Notes under the pieces: generated by a model | The model's database searches: none | What the model was told of the DNA's origin: nothing | Seen by the model: the letters and a program-made list of their open reading frames with translations, nothing else | Program-made: the position numbers and the translations under genes | Origin: an uncultured Actinomycetota bacterium | GTDB lineage: Bacteria > Actinomycetota > Actinomycetes > DATJPE01 | DNA: 64,000 nucleotides | Direction of reading: 5' to 3' | NCBI GenBank assembly: GCA_963820065.1 | Contig: CAWFYM010000013.1 | Location: 5,835-69,834 of the forward strand | Shown: in pieces, positions 63,102-64,000 of the stretch | Position numbering within the stretch: the stretch's first letter is position 1 | How the letters are laid out: each line of letters opens with the position of its first letter

Positions 63102-64000
63102 GCCGGTTTCAGGAGCCCTCGGGGATCTGTACATGCGCCGCAAAGTACCAGCACAGCTTTGCGTCGGCGGTTGTTCGGTCTCGATTGGAGCAGGAGCCCC
63201 GGGGGCCGGTTCGCTATTCCGAGTCGGCGTGCTCCGAGCGCAGTTCGGATTGCGCTGCCGAACTCGCGGCGAAGAGCACTGGTAGATCTGTGCAGCCGGA
63301 CTGGTGCATCGTTGGCGCTCTTCTGCCACGTCAATGTACTGGTCGAAATTCGAACGATTCGCCTGCCCTCTAAGGGGCGAGGGTGTTGGAGCGCGGGCGG
63401 GCTGCTGTGCTGGTCGACGCAGTGGTGTACCGGTGGTTGACCGACCGTGCGTGTTCTTGACCCGACTCGAGCGGGCGTCTATGCGTCCGATACGTCCCGC
63501 TATCTCGTCCACGACGGCGTCTGGGGTGCTCGCGCTCGCGCCCTGCGCGAGTGCGAACCTGGGTTCGACTCGACTGCACGGTGCACTTTCAGGGTCAGTG
63601 CGCCGATCGGGCACCCGGCGGTGTGGCGTGGGCGAGCTGACCGGACCCAGTCCCGAGGCGGCTGCGAGCGCTGCGGCTCCACTGACGGGCTCGCCTATGA
63701 ATGGCACTTCACCATGCAGAACAACAGCGACGAAATGACCCTCCGGGACTATGCCAGAGTGGTGCGGGCGGCGGAAGTCGATCGTCGTCGCGGCGGTGCT
63801 GATCGCCACGGTGGATCGCCCTGGCGCTGTGAGACGCTACGAGACCCCGATCTACGTGGCATCGGCCGGACGTCCTCGTCCAGCCTCGAGGGCCAGACAG
63901 GTTGTTCGACTCGCAGGTGACTGCGCTGAACAACCGGGCCGTCCAGAACCAAGATCCAGGTGATCGAGGGTTGAGGCCATCCCCGCAGGCGTAGGCCGAC

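Noticed and set aside
62517-63809. 430-aa ORF containing the WcaF-like domain
   Set aside because: Only the C-terminal 194 aa align with hexapeptide acetyltransferases. The upstream 236 aa are low-complexity (P/R/A/S-rich) read-through without a start signal.

Overview
High-GC actinobacterial chromosome segment (Nocardioides/Mycobacterium-like core), in two parts.

**Core, ~1–48.9 kb.** It is densely coded and gene order resembles the M. tuberculosis Rv3193c–Rv3207 neighbourhood (from memory). Contents, in order:
- A divergent aromatic meta-cleavage catabolic locus. One arm is an IclR regulator plus a dmpEFGHI/C-like lower pathway ending in a Rieske ferredoxin. The other arm has two tandem catechol-2,3-dioxygenase paralogs, a histidine phosphatase and a split PEP-synthase-like kinase.
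- Assorted enzymes and regulators.
- A DNA-repair block: Nei, an MGMT-like protein, the AdnA/AdnB helicase-nuclease pair, an EEP nuclease and UvrD2.
- A frameshifted NAD+ diphosphatase gene (nudC).
- A mycoredoxin-like gene.
- whiB7 (WhiB with a C-terminal AT-hook), preceded by a recognisable promoter, uORF and intrinsic-terminator attenuator leader.
- An ABC1 kinase, a ThiF-like protein, metalloproteases, MoaE, a PDZ/Lon-like protein and a UPF0182 membrane protein.
- Two copies of a ~61-nt near-perfect palindromic element.

**Accessory region, ~49.0–64.0 kb.** An initiator tRNA-fMet gene (48913..48989) marks an abrupt transition into a lower-GC, heavily degraded region. It contains:
- A frameshifted NERD nuclease gene and a frameshifted xis-like excisionase gene.
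- IS21-IstB, IS3 and IS30 debris.
- A colanic-acid/O-antigen-like polysaccharide cluster: three GT4 glycosyltransferases, a Wzx-like flippase, a Wzy-like polymerase and a WcaF-like acetyltransferase. Most of these genes are interrupted by frameshifts.

No CRISPR array or rRNA was seen.
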